64,000 bases of DNA from Candidatus Tectimicrobiota bacterium (GTDB lineage: Bacteria > JACPUC01): contig JACPUC010000026.1 of the NCBI GenBank assembly GCA_016192455.1, positions 78,902 to 142,901 of the forward strand, written 5' to 3'. The position numbers and the translations under genes are program-made. Numbering within the stretch: position 1 is the stretch's first letter; each line of letters starts with the position of its first letter. The notes under the pieces were generated by a model, which saw only the letters and a list, made by a program, of their open reading frames with translations, was not told where the DNA came from and ran no database searches. Shown here in pieces: positions 18,478-28,569 of the stretch.

Positions 18478-19101
18478 ATGAGCGCGAGGCGCGTCATCAC
18501 CCTGCGCGAGTATACCGACTACCTCTGACCCTGGTGCAACAACTCAGCAGTTCGGCTGCAGAAGATCGCCCAGGAATTCGGGGAGCGGGTTGACGTGGAG
18601 CCGCGCAGCTTCCTGCTGCGTCCGGAGCCGGATGCCACTGCCACCTTCACCTCGTACCGGGACATGCACTGGCGGCAGGCCCAAGCCCAGGAAGAGGCCG
18701 GGGAGTTCACCATCCCCAGCATCGGCACCCCTCTCCCCAGCGGCAGCTTCCCGGGGCAAGAGGCGGCAAAGGCCGCCAAACACCAGGGAACTGCGCTGTT
18801 CCGGGCCTACCATGCGCGCCTCTTTAAGGCGTTCTTCCAGGAGCATCGCAACCTCACCGAGCGCGCCGTTCTTGAAGAGCTGGCCGCCGAGGTCGGCCTT
18901 GATCTCGAACTTTTCCGCGCCGATCTGCAATCGGGCGCCTGCCGCGAAGAGGTCATCGCCGACCACCTCGAAGCCGTCAGCCGCTATGGGATCACCGGAA
19001 TCCCCACCGTCATCGTTGACGGCAAAGAGGCCATCGTCGGAGCCGTGCCGACAGAGGTGTATCGCAGCGTCATTACGCGCCTCCTCGAGGCGCAGCCCTG
19101 A
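18478..19101 (+). CDS. DsbA-family thiol:disulfide oxidoreductase, probable selenoprotein (Sec encoded by in-frame TGA at 18526..18528 in U-P-W-C redox motif)
   Basis: ATG 18478 (RBS GAGGA) then MSARRVITLREYTDYL-TGA-PWCNNSAVRLQ... runs in frame into track ORF 18595..19101 (DsbA C-terminal half ...YGITGIPTVIVDGK). Hairpin TCAGCAG-TTCGG-CTGCAGA at 18544..18562, 15 nt after the TGA. Confidence 0.7.
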
Positions 19102-19237
19102 CGGAGGCGCCCGGCGAACCCGGCCGGGCCGGCGGGGCCGGCGCTGCCGACCTCCGTGGGTCGCCAAGAGCGACGCCCCGGCGCAGGGGACCGCGGCGGC
19201 GGGGCGTGCGCACCGCCCGCCCGGCGCCGGCACGACG

Positions 19238-20512
19238 ATGTCCCCCCTCGCGACGCCCACATCCTCCCTGCGCTCTCTGGCCGAAAGGATTGTCGCCGTG
19301 GACGACGTGTACGCCACCAAGGTCTCGTACGCCTGGGAGGATCGCCAGGCGTGGCTGGAGCTGCCGTTTCCCCTGACGGAGTACGAGCGGCGCGTGCGGG
19401 CGGTGCAGGCCGGGATTCGAAAGCGCGGCCTGGCGGCGCTGCTGGTCTACAACGCTCCGGGACGCACCGGCGAAATCCGCTACCTCACCAACTTCAACAG
19501 CTTCTTCGGCATCTCGGTGCTCATCATGCCGCCGGAGGGGGATCTCACCATCGTCAGCAACGCCTGCTTCCACGGCGAGCCGATGCACACCGAGGTGTGG
19601 AAGACCTGGGTGCGCGATTTCCGCCACGCGCACTTCAGCATCCCCGTGGCGAAACCGGGATCGGTGGCGGACCTGCTGGTCGAGGCGCTGCGCGAGCGTA
19701 AGCTCGAAGGGGGGCGCCTCGGTCTGGCGGGGTACGCCTGGTGGCCGATGGTCCTGCACCAGCGCGTCAGCGAGGCGCTGCCGGGGTTCCGCGTCGAGCC
19801 GGCCGAGGACCTCGTCCTCGAGGTGAAGAAGATCAAGAGCCCGCTCGAGGTCGAGGTCATGCGCCGCCTCGCCTGGATCGGCGATCGCGGCCTGGAGGCG
19901 GGGTTTCGGACGGTGCGGCCGGGGGTGAGCGAACTCGACGTCTGCGCCGAGGTGCACCACGCCCTCATCAAGTCGGGAGCCGAGGAGGTGGGGGGGGAGA
20001 TCGTCGTCGTTGGCGGGCCGCGGGCCGGCTTCAAGCACGTCTGGCCGACGACGCGCACGTTCCAGGACGGCGACATGGTCTTCATCGACCTGAAGGCGGT
20101 CTACCAGGGCTACTGGTGCGACATCGCTCGCAGCTTCGCCGTGGGCACGCCCTCCGCCGAGGCGAAGAAGCTCCTCGACCTCTGCGTCCGCCTCGCTGAT
20201 GAAACGTTGCGGCGGGTGAAACCCGGTGTCGAGGTGGGCTCGCTCTACACCGTGCCGCAGACCCTGGCCGATGAGGCGGGGATCGGCCACCGCTTCTTCC
20301 CCACCGGCCTGGGGCACGGCACCGGCACGGCGCGCGCCGAACCCCCCTTCCTGCACGTGGGCAGCACGCTGCCGTTCGAGGAGAACATGGTCTTCTCGCT
20401 AGAGCCAGCCCTGGCGGTGGAGGGTCTGGGGACGGCGTGCATCGAGGATATGTGCCGGGTCACCGCCGAGGGCGCGGAGCGCATGTCGGTGTTCGAGCGC
20501 GTGCTCTGGTGA
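19238..20512 (+). CDS. M24-family metallopeptidase (Xaa-Pro aminopeptidase/creatinase-like)
   Basis: Creatinase_N-like N-terminus then pita-bread fold motifs (DMVFIDLKAVYQGYWCDIARSF, HGTGTA, EENMVFSLEP). Start ambiguous (ATG 19238 or GTG 19298 with AAAGGA RBS). Confidence 0.75.
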   Translation: MSPLATPTSSLRSLAERIVAVDDVYATKVSYAWEDRQAWLELPFPLTEYERRVRAVQAGIRKRGLAALLVYNAPGRTGEIRYLTNFNSFFGISVLIMPPEGDLTIVSNACFHGEPMHTEVWKTWVRDFRHAHFSIPVAKPGSVADLLVEALRERKLEGGRLGLAGYAWWPMVLHQRVSEALPGFRVEPAEDLVLEVKKIKSPLEVEVMRRLAWIGDRGLEAGFRTVRPGVSELDVCAEVHHALIKSGAEEVGGEIVVVGGPRAGFKHVWPTTRTFQDGDMVFIDLKAVYQGYWCDIARSFAVGTPSAEAKKLLDLCVRLADETLRRVKPGVEVGSLYTVPQTLADEAGIGHRFFPTGLGHGTGTARAEPPFLHVGSTLPFEENMVFSLEPALAVEGLGTACIEDMCRVTAEGAERMSVFERVLW

Positions 20513-20609
20513 GCGCCGGCCGGCGGCGGGGGCCGGCGCGGAGCCAGGGGGAACGACGCCGCGCGGCGCAGGATCGGCCCGAACGGTCGGGCTGTGCGGG
20601 AGGGAGAGG

Positions 20610-22169
20610 ATGCAGGCGCAGGTTGTGCGCGGCAGGCGGGGCGCCGTCTCCTCCGGGCATCACCTGGCGAGCTTCGAGGCGGCCCGCATCCTGCGCCAGG
20701 GCGGCAATGCCGTCGATGCGGCGGTGACGGCGGCGTCGGTGCTGGCGGTGGTCCTGCCGCACGCCTGCGGCCTGGGCAGCGATGCCTTCCTGCTCATCTA
20801 CGAGGCGGCGTCGCAGAGAGTGCACGCGCTGAACGCCAGCGGGCAGTCACCCCAGGGAGCGGACGTAGCGCGGTTCGCCCGCGGCATCCCCCGACATGGC
20901 CTCGCGGCGGCGACCGTCCCCGGCATGGTCTCCGGTTGGCAGGCGGCCCTGCGGCGGTTCGGCACGCGCAGCCTGCGGGAGGTCCTCGAACCCGCCATCG
21001 GTTACGCCGCCGAGGGGTTCCCGGTCCACGACAAGCTGGCGCAGATCTTCGCCGATATGGCCCCCGCCCTGGAGCAGGATGCCGGGGCCCGCGAAGTCTT
21101 TCTGCCGCAAGGGAAGCCACCCGCCGCGGGAGAAATCCTGCGGCAACCCGATCTGGCGGCGTCACTGCGACGCCTCGCCGACAAGGGGAGCGAGGCCTTC
21201 TATCGCGGCGACCTGGCGCGGCGTCTCGTGGCCCACAGCCGCGAGCACGGCGGCCTGTTCACGGAGGAGGACCTGGCGCGCCACGAGCCGATTTGGCAGG
21301 AACCCTTGCGCGCCTCGTTTTGCGGCTCCGAGGTTCTCACCATGCCGCCGAACTCCTACGGTCTGACGCTGCTGCTGCAGCTCCTCGCGCTCGAGGCGGG
21401 GGGCATCGCCGCCTGCGACCCCGACGGGGCTGCGTTTCTGCGCCTTGGCATGGCGGCGCGGGAGCAGGCGTACCGCAGCGGCGCGCCCGCCATCGCTGAT
21501 CCCACAGTCGGCGAGCCGGCGGCGCGGGAGCTGCTGGCGGGCCTCCTCAAGGGGGTGAAGGTTCCCCCGTCCGGCGGCAGGGCCGGAGATGGGCGCGCGG
21601 GAGGGGCGGCGGAGGGAACGGATACGTCCAACGTCCTCGTCATGGACGCGCAGGGGAACGCCGTCTCGCTCATCCAGAGCGTCTTCCATCCGTTCGGCTG
21701 CTGTGTCGTTCCGCGCGCAACCGGTGTAGTTCTGAACAACCGTATGCTCGGGTTCCGCCTCGAAGAGGGTCATCCCAATCGCCTTGCGCCGGGCAAGCGG
21801 CCGGCGCACACGCTGACGCCGGTGATGGTGCTGCGAGACGGCCGTCCCTCCATGGTCTGCGGGACACCCGGCGGACCGGGCCAGACCGCCACGCTGGCCC
21901 AGTTCCTGACGCGGCTCCTCGCCTATGGGCAACCCCTGGGCGAGGCAGCGAGCGCCCCCCGCTGGTCCGTAGCCCCGGGAGGAGGCTTCGTCATCGAGGA
22001 GAGCGTGGCGCCGCAGGTGCTGGCGGAGCTTCAAAAAGCGGACCCAACCCTGAAGGCGGCGCCGGCCGGAGGTCAACCGTTCGGCTCGCTGAAGGCGGTG
22101 CAGCGCGAAGGGGCCGGGTTCATCGCCGTCGCCGATTTCCGCCGCGACGCCGCTGCCGCGGCCCTCTAA
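20610..22169 (+). CDS. ggt: gamma-glutamyltransferase
   Basis: GHHLAS...GGNAVDAAV, Thr nucleophile context TSNVLVMDAQGNAVSLIQS, GGP motifs. RBS GGGAGGGAGAGG. Confidence 0.9.
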   Translation: MQAQVVRGRRGAVSSGHHLASFEAARILRQGGNAVDAAVTAASVLAVVLPHACGLGSDAFLLIYEAASQRVHALNASGQSPQGADVARFARGIPRHGLAAATVPGMVSGWQAALRRFGTRSLREVLEPAIGYAAEGFPVHDKLAQIFADMAPALEQDAGAREVFLPQGKPPAAGEILRQPDLAASLRRLADKGSEAFYRGDLARRLVAHSREHGGLFTEEDLARHEPIWQEPLRASFCGSEVLTMPPNSYGLTLLLQLLALEAGGIAACDPDGAAFLRLGMAAREQAYRSGAPAIADPTVGEPAARELLAGLLKGVKVPPSGGRAGDGRAGGAAEGTDTSNVLVMDAQGNAVSLIQSVFHPFGCCVVPRATGVVLNNRMLGFRLEEGHPNRLAPGKRPAHTLTPVMVLRDGRPSMVCGTPGGPGQTATLAQFLTRLLAYGQPLGEAASAPRWSVAPGGGFVIEESVAPQVLAELQKADPTLKAAPAGGQPFGSLKAVQREGAGFIAVADFRRDAAAAAL

Positions 22170-22278
22170 TGAAGTGTTTCACGAGTTCGCCAGGAAAATC
22201 GACCTAGCGCACGCAGCATTGAAATGGGGATTTCTTGTGGCGGATGTCTGCTCCCCCACACCCCCTATCCCAGCGAGC

Positions 22279-22308
22279 CGTAAGGGCGGTTCACGAACCG
22301 CCCCTACG
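22279..22308. repeat. REP-like palindromic element copy 1 (CGTAAGGGCGGTTCACGAACCGCCCCTACG, slightly degenerate)
   Basis: Inverted repeat GGGCGGTTC/GAACCGCCC. Same element at 38818..38845 and 48322..48349. Confidence 0.7.
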
Positions 22309-22420
22309 ATTAGGGGAGGCGCGAGGAGGGGCGGCTTCATCGCAGGGAAACTGCTTTAGATTGGAAACGATGTCGCATTGGAGTCAACGAACGTAGACGA
22401 GACGAAGCGAGGATGGTGCA

Positions 22421-23539
22421 ATGGAAAACCACAACCTCCATACCGTCGGTTTGACCGTTGAGGAGATCGACACTCCCGCGCTGCTGCTCGACCTCGATGC
22501 CATGGAGCGGAACCTGGCGGCCATGGCGTCGTTCTTCGCCTCGAAGAAGGCCACTCTGCGCCCGCACACGAAGACCCACAAGGCGCCGATCCTGGCGCAC
22601 CGGCAGATCGCCGCGGGGGCGCGCGGCATCTGCTGCCAGAAGCTGGGCGAGGCGGAGATCATGGCGCAGGGGGGGATCACCGACATCCTCATCACGAATG
22701 AGATCGTGGGCCGCCAGAAGGTTCGCCGCCTCATGCACCTGGCACGCCAGCTCCGCCACGGGCGGCTGGCGGTCTGCGTCGATCACCCGGCGAACGTCAA
22801 CGAGCTGTCGGAGGCGGTGCAAGCGGCTGGAGTGCGGCTGGACGTCCTGGTGGATGTGAACGTCGGCCAGAACCGCTGCGGCGTCGCCCCGGGGAAGCCG
22901 GCCCTGGAGCTGGCGCGGCAGGTGCTGCGCAGCCCCGGCCTGCGCCTGCGCGGGCTGCAGGGCTACGAAGGCCACTGCATGGTGAAGGAGGACGAGCAGG
23001 AGCGCCGCCACGCGTTCGAGGCCGCGTGGTCCCTGCTGCTGGAGACGAAGCATCTCCTCAAGCGCGAGGGGATCGACTTGGAGGAGATCAGCGCCGGCGG
23101 CACCGGCACCTTCGAGTGGCTGGTCGAGTGCCCGGAGGCCACCGAGGTGCAGGCCGGCTCGTACATCGTCATGGATGCGAAGTACCGCAAGGTCATCGGC
23201 GAGACCCGCTTCGCCTGCGCCCTGAGTGTGCTGAGCACGATCATGAGCACCCCGGATGCGGACTACGCCGTGTGCGATGCCGGCTTCAAGACCATCACGC
23301 ACGACCAGGGCATGCCGGAGGTGAAGGGGGTGGCCGGCATCGAGTACTACCTCGGCGGCGACGAGCACGGGCGCCTGCGCTACGTCGATGCCGCGCGGCG
23401 CTTCGAGCTGGGCGAGAAGATCGAGCTGATCGTCAGCCATTGCGACACGACGATCAACCTCTACGACAAGTACTTCGGGGTGCGCAACGGCGTGGTCGAG
23501 GTGGTGTGGGATATTGCCGGGCGCGGCAAGTCCCAGTGA
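22421..23539 (+). CDS. PLP-dependent alanine-racemase-fold enzyme (D-serine deaminase-like/DSD1 family)
   Basis: N-terminal TIM-barrel alanine racemase domain pattern (ALLLDLDAMERNL...LRPHTKTHKAPIL...GARGICCQKLGEAE), PLP Lys in HTKTHK. Confidence 0.7.
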   Translation: MENHNLHTVGLTVEEIDTPALLLDLDAMERNLAAMASFFASKKATLRPHTKTHKAPILAHRQIAAGARGICCQKLGEAEIMAQGGITDILITNEIVGRQKVRRLMHLARQLRHGRLAVCVDHPANVNELSEAVQAAGVRLDVLVDVNVGQNRCGVAPGKPALELARQVLRSPGLRLRGLQGYEGHCMVKEDEQERRHAFEAAWSLLLETKHLLKREGIDLEEISAGGTGTFEWLVECPEATEVQAGSYIVMDAKYRKVIGETRFACALSVLSTIMSTPDADYAVCDAGFKTITHDQGMPEVKGVAGIEYYLGGDEHGRLRYVDAARRFELGEKIELIVSHCDTTINLYDKYFGVRNGVVEVVWDIAGRGKSQ

Positions 23540-23621
23540 GGCGGGGAGGGCCCATTCCCCCGCCACGTCCGCGCGAGGCCCGGTGACTGTTTCCCAACCA
23601 ATCGCAGCGGTGAGGTGGAGC

Positions 23622-24701
23622 ATGAGCGCAATGAAACGGAGAAGCCATCGAACGGCGAGTGACAACCGGCGTCGCGGCGGGGTGGGCGGCGCGCCGGCGA
23701 CGCTGCTGTTCGTCTGCCTGCTGATCGCCCTGGTGCTGGGGTTGGCGAGGCGTGCGCTGGCGGAACCCATCACCATCCGCGTCGCCGGCGGCGTCGTTCC
23801 CGGCGTCATGACGCCCGTGGTGATGGAGCTGAAGCAGCAGCTCACACATTACGGCAAGTCGTACGTCACCGAGGTCTCCTACTTCCGCGGCTCCTCGCCG
23901 CAGATCCAGGCGCTGGCGGCCAAGCAGCTCGATCTCGGTTACCTCGCCTTCGGCAGCTTCCCCTCGGCGATCCTCAATGCGAAGCTCGACCTCGAAATCG
24001 TCGCCGACTTCATCCAGGAGGGGCCCGAGGGACACTTCTCCGCCGTGCGCGCCGTGCGGGCGGATTCCGGCATCACGAAGGTGGAGGACCTGCGCGGTAA
24101 GAGGATCGGCATCATCGCCTTCGGCACGGGGAACGACCTCGGCAACCGCGCCATGCTGAAGCGTCACGGCCTCGAGTTCGGCAAGGACTACACGATGGTC
24201 GAGGTGCAGCCGCCCAACATGGGAGCCATGCTGCGGGAGGGGAAGATCGATCTCGCCTGGCTGACGACGCCCTTCTGGTTCATCGAGGAGCGCAAGGGGG
24301 GCCTGCGCAAGCTCTTTGACGGCGTCGATGCCATGGGGCCGACGCAGGTGCTGGTGATGGTCGGGCGCAAAGAGTTCCTCGCAGCCAACAAGGCGGCCGT
24401 GCAGGATTTCTTCGAGGACTACCTGCGCGGGCTGCGCTACGCGCTCGATCCGAAGAACCGCGAGGAGCTGCTCGAACTCGTGTCGCGGCTCGGCAAGCGC
24501 CCCAAGGAAGCGTTCGCCTCCTGGGTGTTCACCAAGCGCGACTACTACCGTGATCGCGACGGCATCCCCAACATCAAAGCCTTGCAGGCGAACATCGACT
24601 TGCTGACGGAGGTGGGCCTCATCAAGACGAAGTTCGACGTCAGCCGGTACGTCAACCTCTCCTACATCAAGGAGGCGGCCGGGCGGCTGGGGAAGCCGTG
24701 A
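23622..24701 (+). CDS. ABC transporter substrate-binding protein, NMT1/SsuA/TauA family
   Basis: Internal Met (MSAMKRR...) with GAGGTGGAG RBS. Signal peptide LLFVCLLIALVLG. Periplasmic binding fold typical of sulfonate/nitrate/taurine binding proteins. Confidence 0.75.
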   Translation: MSAMKRRSHRTASDNRRRGGVGGAPATLLFVCLLIALVLGLARRALAEPITIRVAGGVVPGVMTPVVMELKQQLTHYGKSYVTEVSYFRGSSPQIQALAAKQLDLGYLAFGSFPSAILNAKLDLEIVADFIQEGPEGHFSAVRAVRADSGITKVEDLRGKRIGIIAFGTGNDLGNRAMLKRHGLEFGKDYTMVEVQPPNMGAMLREGKIDLAWLTTPFWFIEERKGGLRKLFDGVDAMGPTQVLVMVGRKEFLAANKAAVQDFFEDYLRGLRYALDPKNREELLELVSRLGKRPKEAFASWVFTKRDYYRDRDGIPNIKALQANIDLLTEVGLIKTKFDVSRYVNLSYIKEAAGRLGKP

Positions 24702-24890
24702 CGCGCGGGCCGCGGGGAGACAGGGCGGCGTGTCGGGGGTGAGCCTGAGGGGGAGCTGCGTCTCGATGAGTCTGCTGCGGCGCCAGCGGCGCCCGAAGGC
24801 AACGCCTGGAGCGGAAGCGCGGCGCGCCGGGATCAACGCCTGGGCCGTCTCGGCGGCACGCCGCCGCCCCGAGCCGAAGGGGGATTTCGT

Positions 24891-26627
24891 GTGAGGAACC
24901 AGCCGCGGCGCGGCGACGGCGCTGATCTCATCCTGCGCCACGGCACGATCATCACGATGGTTCCGGGGGCGCCGCACGGCGAGGCGCTGGCCGTCAGCGG
25001 CACGAGCATCCTCGCGGTGGGGAGCAACGCCGACATCGACCCCCTGGCGCGACCGATGACGCGCGTCATCGATCTCCGCGGCCGCACCGTCATCCCCGGC
25101 CTCATCGACGCCCATGCCCACCTCGACCGCGAGGGCTTGCGAGACCTCTTCCCCTCACTGGCGGGAATCAGGAGCATCCCGGAGCTGCAGGCGCGCCTCG
25201 CCCAGCTTGCCGCCTCGCGCCCGCCCGGCGAATGGATCGTCACCATGCCGCTGGGCGACCCGCCGCACTACTTCAACCCTCCGCACGGCCTCGCCGAGCG
25301 CCGCTGGCCGACGCGCTGGGACCTCGACGCGGCGGCGCCCGACCATCCGGTCTACATCCGGGCGCCGTGGGGGTTCTGGCACCGGCCGCCGATCGTCTCC
25401 ATCGCCAACAGCCGGGCGCTGGAGCTGGCCGGAGTCACGGCGCGGACGAAACCGTCCCTCTCCAGCATCACCATCGAGGTCGACGAGCGCCGCGGCGAGC
25501 CGACCGGCATCTTCCGCGAGGCGCACTACTTCCCCCTGGTCGAACTAGCGCTCTTCCCGATGCTGCCGCGCTTCACGCCGGATGACCGGGTGGAAGGCCT
25601 GCGGCGCGGCATGGCGCGATACGCCGCCCTCGGCATCACCAGCACCTACGAGGGGCATGGGCTGGCGCCGGAGATTCTCGACGCCTACCGCCGGCTGGCC
25701 CCCGCCGACATGCAGGTGCGCTGCCACCTCGTGCAGTCGGCGCCGTGGGACTCCGCCTCCGAGGCGGAGCGCTTCTGCCGCGACAGCGGCGGTCGCCTCG
25801 ACGACCTCAGCGCGGCGAACCCCTGGCTCCACCTCGACGGCATCTTCCTGTCGCTCGTCGGCAACCGGGAGCTGAACGAGGCGCTGCGCTGCTACCTCCC
25901 CTATACCGGCTGGGCCGGGTTCCTCCCCCAGGCGTTCGATGAGGCGGAGTACGGGGCGTGCGCCCGCCTCGCCATGCGGCACGGCATGCGCTTGAACACC
26001 ATCGACGGCTGGAAGTCCGACCGCATCGTCGACATCTGGGCGCGGCTGGCGGCGGACTACCCGGCGGCACGGCGCCGCCGCCACGTCGTCGAGCATCTGC
26101 GCCGGCCATCGGTGCAGACCCTGCGCACCATGAAGGCCAATGGGATGATCGCCACCACCGAGCCTTACGGCTACCTGTGGAAGAACGCCGATCAATACCC
26201 CTCGCTGCCCGAGGCGGAGCAGGAGATCGTCCCCCACCGCTCGCTGCTCGAGCACGGCATCCCGTTCGCCCTGGAGACCGACAACTGCCCGCCCAACCCC
26301 TTCGCCATCATGTGGAGCGCGGTGACGCGCGTCGAGCGCACGAGCGGCGCGGTCCTCGGTCCGCGGCAATGCATCTCGCCGTTCGAGGCGCTCGCCGCCA
26401 TGACTGTCGGCGGCGCGCTCCTCTGCGGCAGGGAGGAGCGTCTCGGCGCCCTGGCCCCCGGCAAGCTGGCGGACATGGTGGTGCTCGAGGAGAACCCCCT
26501 TGCCATCCCAGCCGACGAGCTCCGCCACCTGCAGCCGGTGCTGACGCTGGTCGGCGGCAGGGTGGTGTACGCCGCGCCTGGGGATGAGCCGGGGCTTGGA
26601 GAAGGCGGCGGCTTCAGCGCTGCCTGA
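24891..26627 (+). CDS. amidohydrolase-family metal-dependent hydrolase (Amidohydro_3-like)
   Basis: GTG start with GAAGGGGG RBS. VIPGLIDAHAHLD metal-binding HxH, C-terminal LEEN.. D motif region. Confidence 0.8.
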   Translation: MRNQPRRGDGADLILRHGTIITMVPGAPHGEALAVSGTSILAVGSNADIDPLARPMTRVIDLRGRTVIPGLIDAHAHLDREGLRDLFPSLAGIRSIPELQARLAQLAASRPPGEWIVTMPLGDPPHYFNPPHGLAERRWPTRWDLDAAAPDHPVYIRAPWGFWHRPPIVSIANSRALELAGVTARTKPSLSSITIEVDERRGEPTGIFREAHYFPLVELALFPMLPRFTPDDRVEGLRRGMARYAALGITSTYEGHGLAPEILDAYRRLAPADMQVRCHLVQSAPWDSASEAERFCRDSGGRLDDLSAANPWLHLDGIFLSLVGNRELNEALRCYLPYTGWAGFLPQAFDEAEYGACARLAMRHGMRLNTIDGWKSDRIVDIWARLAADYPAARRRRHVVEHLRRPSVQTLRTMKANGMIATTEPYGYLWKNADQYPSLPEAEQEIVPHRSLLEHGIPFALETDNCPPNPFAIMWSAVTRVERTSGAVLGPRQCISPFEALAAMTVGGALLCGREERLGALAPGKLADMVVLEENPLAIPADELRHLQPVLTLVGGRVVYAAPGDEPGLGEGGGFSAA

Positions 26628-26646
26628 CGGAAGGCGAGGAAACGGG

Positions 26647-27057
26647 ATGGAGCTACATCGAGCGCGGGAGTTCCTGAGAGCGAACCATCGCGCCGTCTTG
26701 ACGACGCGGCGGCGCGACGGCGGGGTGCAGTCCTCGCCGGTGGTGGCGGGGGTGGATGCCGAGGGGCGGGCCATCGTCAGCAGCCGCGAGACCGCCTACA
26801 AGACGCGCAACCTGCGCCGCGATCCGCGCGCCACGCTGTGCGTCTTCAACGACGCCTTCCTCGGGGCGTGGCTGCAAGTGGACGGCACGGCGGAGGTGGT
26901 CTCCCTTCCCGAGGCGATGGAACTCCTCGTCGACTACTACCGGCGGCTGAAGGGGGAGCACCCCGATTGGCAGGACTACCGGCGGGCGATGGAGCGGGAA
27001 GGGCGCGTCCTCCTGCGCATCACCATGGAGCGCGCCGGCCCCGACCGCAGCGGGTGA
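26647..27057 (+). CDS. PPOX-class probable F420-dependent enzyme (pyridoxamine 5'-phosphate oxidase fold)
   Basis: MELHRAREFLRANHRAVLTTRRRDGGVQSSPV... is typical of the TIGR03618 family. RBS GAGGAAA. Confidence 0.7.
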   Translation: MELHRAREFLRANHRAVLTTRRRDGGVQSSPVVAGVDAEGRAIVSSRETAYKTRNLRRDPRATLCVFNDAFLGAWLQVDGTAEVVSLPEAMELLVDYYRRLKGEHPDWQDYRRAMEREGRVLLRITMERAGPDRSG

Positions 27058-27284
27058 AGGCTGGTTTCGTCTCTGGAACAGGAGCCGGGCGGGGGAACCG
27101 TGTCCCCCCGCGCCTCCCATTAAGGCGAGCTGCTACGCAGCTCGCGGGAGTAAGGGAGATGCAACCTTGAGACGGCCCTGTACACCTTCCTCCTATGACA
27201 GGTCGCAGGCCCTCACGGGGTAGCAACCTCCTCCGAACCCACCCGCCTGTCAGCGCCTCTCCTGAATGAACGCCTGAGATCACC

Positions 27285-28343
27285 TCAACCCTTCGGCCGC
27301 TTCCAGACGCCCCGCTCCTGCAGCCGGCGGGTGCTCTGGCGGTGAATCTCCTGGCGACCGGCGCGGCGCGGCGGGGGCTCGTGCAAAAAGAGGTTCTTGG
27401 GGAAGATCGGCTGCTCGTAGATGACCTTGTACTGTTCGGTGCGCAGGTCCTTCAGCCAATTGCCGAAAAGCGACTTGTCGCGGAAATCGCGCAGCGCCTC
27501 GATATCGACCATGGCGCTGCAGAAGGAGTCCGTCCCCGCGATGTGATGGGAGATCACTTCCCCCTTGTAGTCGCACATGATGGTGTTGCCGCCGGTGATG
27601 TCCCAGCCGTGCGGCGAGTCGGCGGTGATCATGCCGAGGGCCGGGTTGGGAGCGATGACGTAGCAGGTGTTGTCGAGGGCCCGCGTGCGCGCCCGCAGCT
27701 CGGACCAGCCGCGCCCCGCCCATGGCTCCACGTAGGTCGGCATGTAGATCACCTCGGCGCCGTTCATGGCCAGGCCGCGCGCCGTCTCCGGGAAGCTCTG
27801 ATCCATGCAGATGATGGTGCCGATGCGGCCGATCTCCGTGTCGCAGACGGGGTAGAAGGAGTCGAGGGAGTAGCCGAACTTCTCGATCCAGAGGTCCCAC
27901 ACGTCGTGGGGCACGGTGCTCGGCTCGTTCGGGTAGACCTGCAGCTTGTGGTACTTGTGGACGATCTTGCCCTTCGGGTCGATGACGAAGGCGAGGTTGA
28001 AGTAGCGATCCTCGATGATCTCCGCCTCGACGGCGCGAATCTGCCCGGCGATGAAGACGTTCAGCTCGCGGGCGATGTCGGCCAGGTAGTCCGTCTCGGG
28101 TCCGGGCACGGTGGTCATCAGCTCCTTGCAGGCGCGCACGTGGTCCCAGTCAAACATCGAGTCCGGGAACCCCTGGATGGCGCCCTCGGCGAAGCAGATG
28201 AGCTTCACGGGGTACTCGAGGCTGGCCAGCCAGTAACTGGCGCGGATGCCCTGGGCCAGGTGATCGAGGTTGCGCTTCATGTCGTCCCGACACTGGATGT
28301 TGAGGAACGTGCTCTGCACGGCAACAGCAGCGTAGCGGTCCAT
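27285..28343 (-). CDS. aliphatic amidase/formamidase (nitrilase superfamily, Cys in IICMDQSFPE)
   Basis: Similarity in pattern to AmiE (KIVHKYHKLQVYPNEP vs VQKYRKIIPW; IICMDQSFPE vs LIICDDGNYPE). Confidence 0.75.
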   Translation of the reverse strand: MDRYAAVAVQSTFLNIQCRDDMKRNLDHLAQGIRASYWLASLEYPVKLICFAEGAIQGFPDSMFDWDHVRACKELMTTVPGPETDYLADIARELNVFIAGQIRAVEAEIIEDRYFNLAFVIDPKGKIVHKYHKLQVYPNEPSTVPHDVWDLWIEKFGYSLDSFYPVCDTEIGRIGTIICMDQSFPETARGLAMNGAEVIYMPTYVEPWAGRGWSELRARTRALDNTCYVIAPNPALGMITADSPHGWDITGGNTIMCDYKGEVISHHIAGTDSFCSAMVDIEALRDFRDKSLFGNWLKDLRTEQYKVIYEQPIFPKNLFLHEPPPRRAGRQEIHRQSTRRLQERGVWKRPKG

Positions 28344-28569
28344 AGTGCTTCCCCCATCGAGCCAAGGTGGAAAACTCAGGCGCCCGGCGGCGCCGCGTTG
28401 AGGTTCACCTCAACGAAGCCGGTACTTGCGGCAGGCTCGAGCGCTCGCAAGGGGCCCGCGCGCCGCGGCGGCACTGAGCCGGCACTGGCTCACCCAGCGC
28501 CTCCCCCTGGAGGTCAGCCTCCCCGTGTAGTTGGAGATCACCGTACTGGCAGCGGGGTTCTAAAAAGGA

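Noticed and set aside
18590-20512. 640-aa plus ORF reading through from the dsbA-like region into the M24 peptidase
   Set aside because: The first ~215 codons are out-of-frame overlap of the DsbA-like gene (P/R/S-rich); the real peptidase starts near 19238 (or GTG 19298).
22337-23845. 502-aa minus-strand ORF
   Set aside because: Antisense to the alanine-racemase-fold gene and the binding-protein gene.
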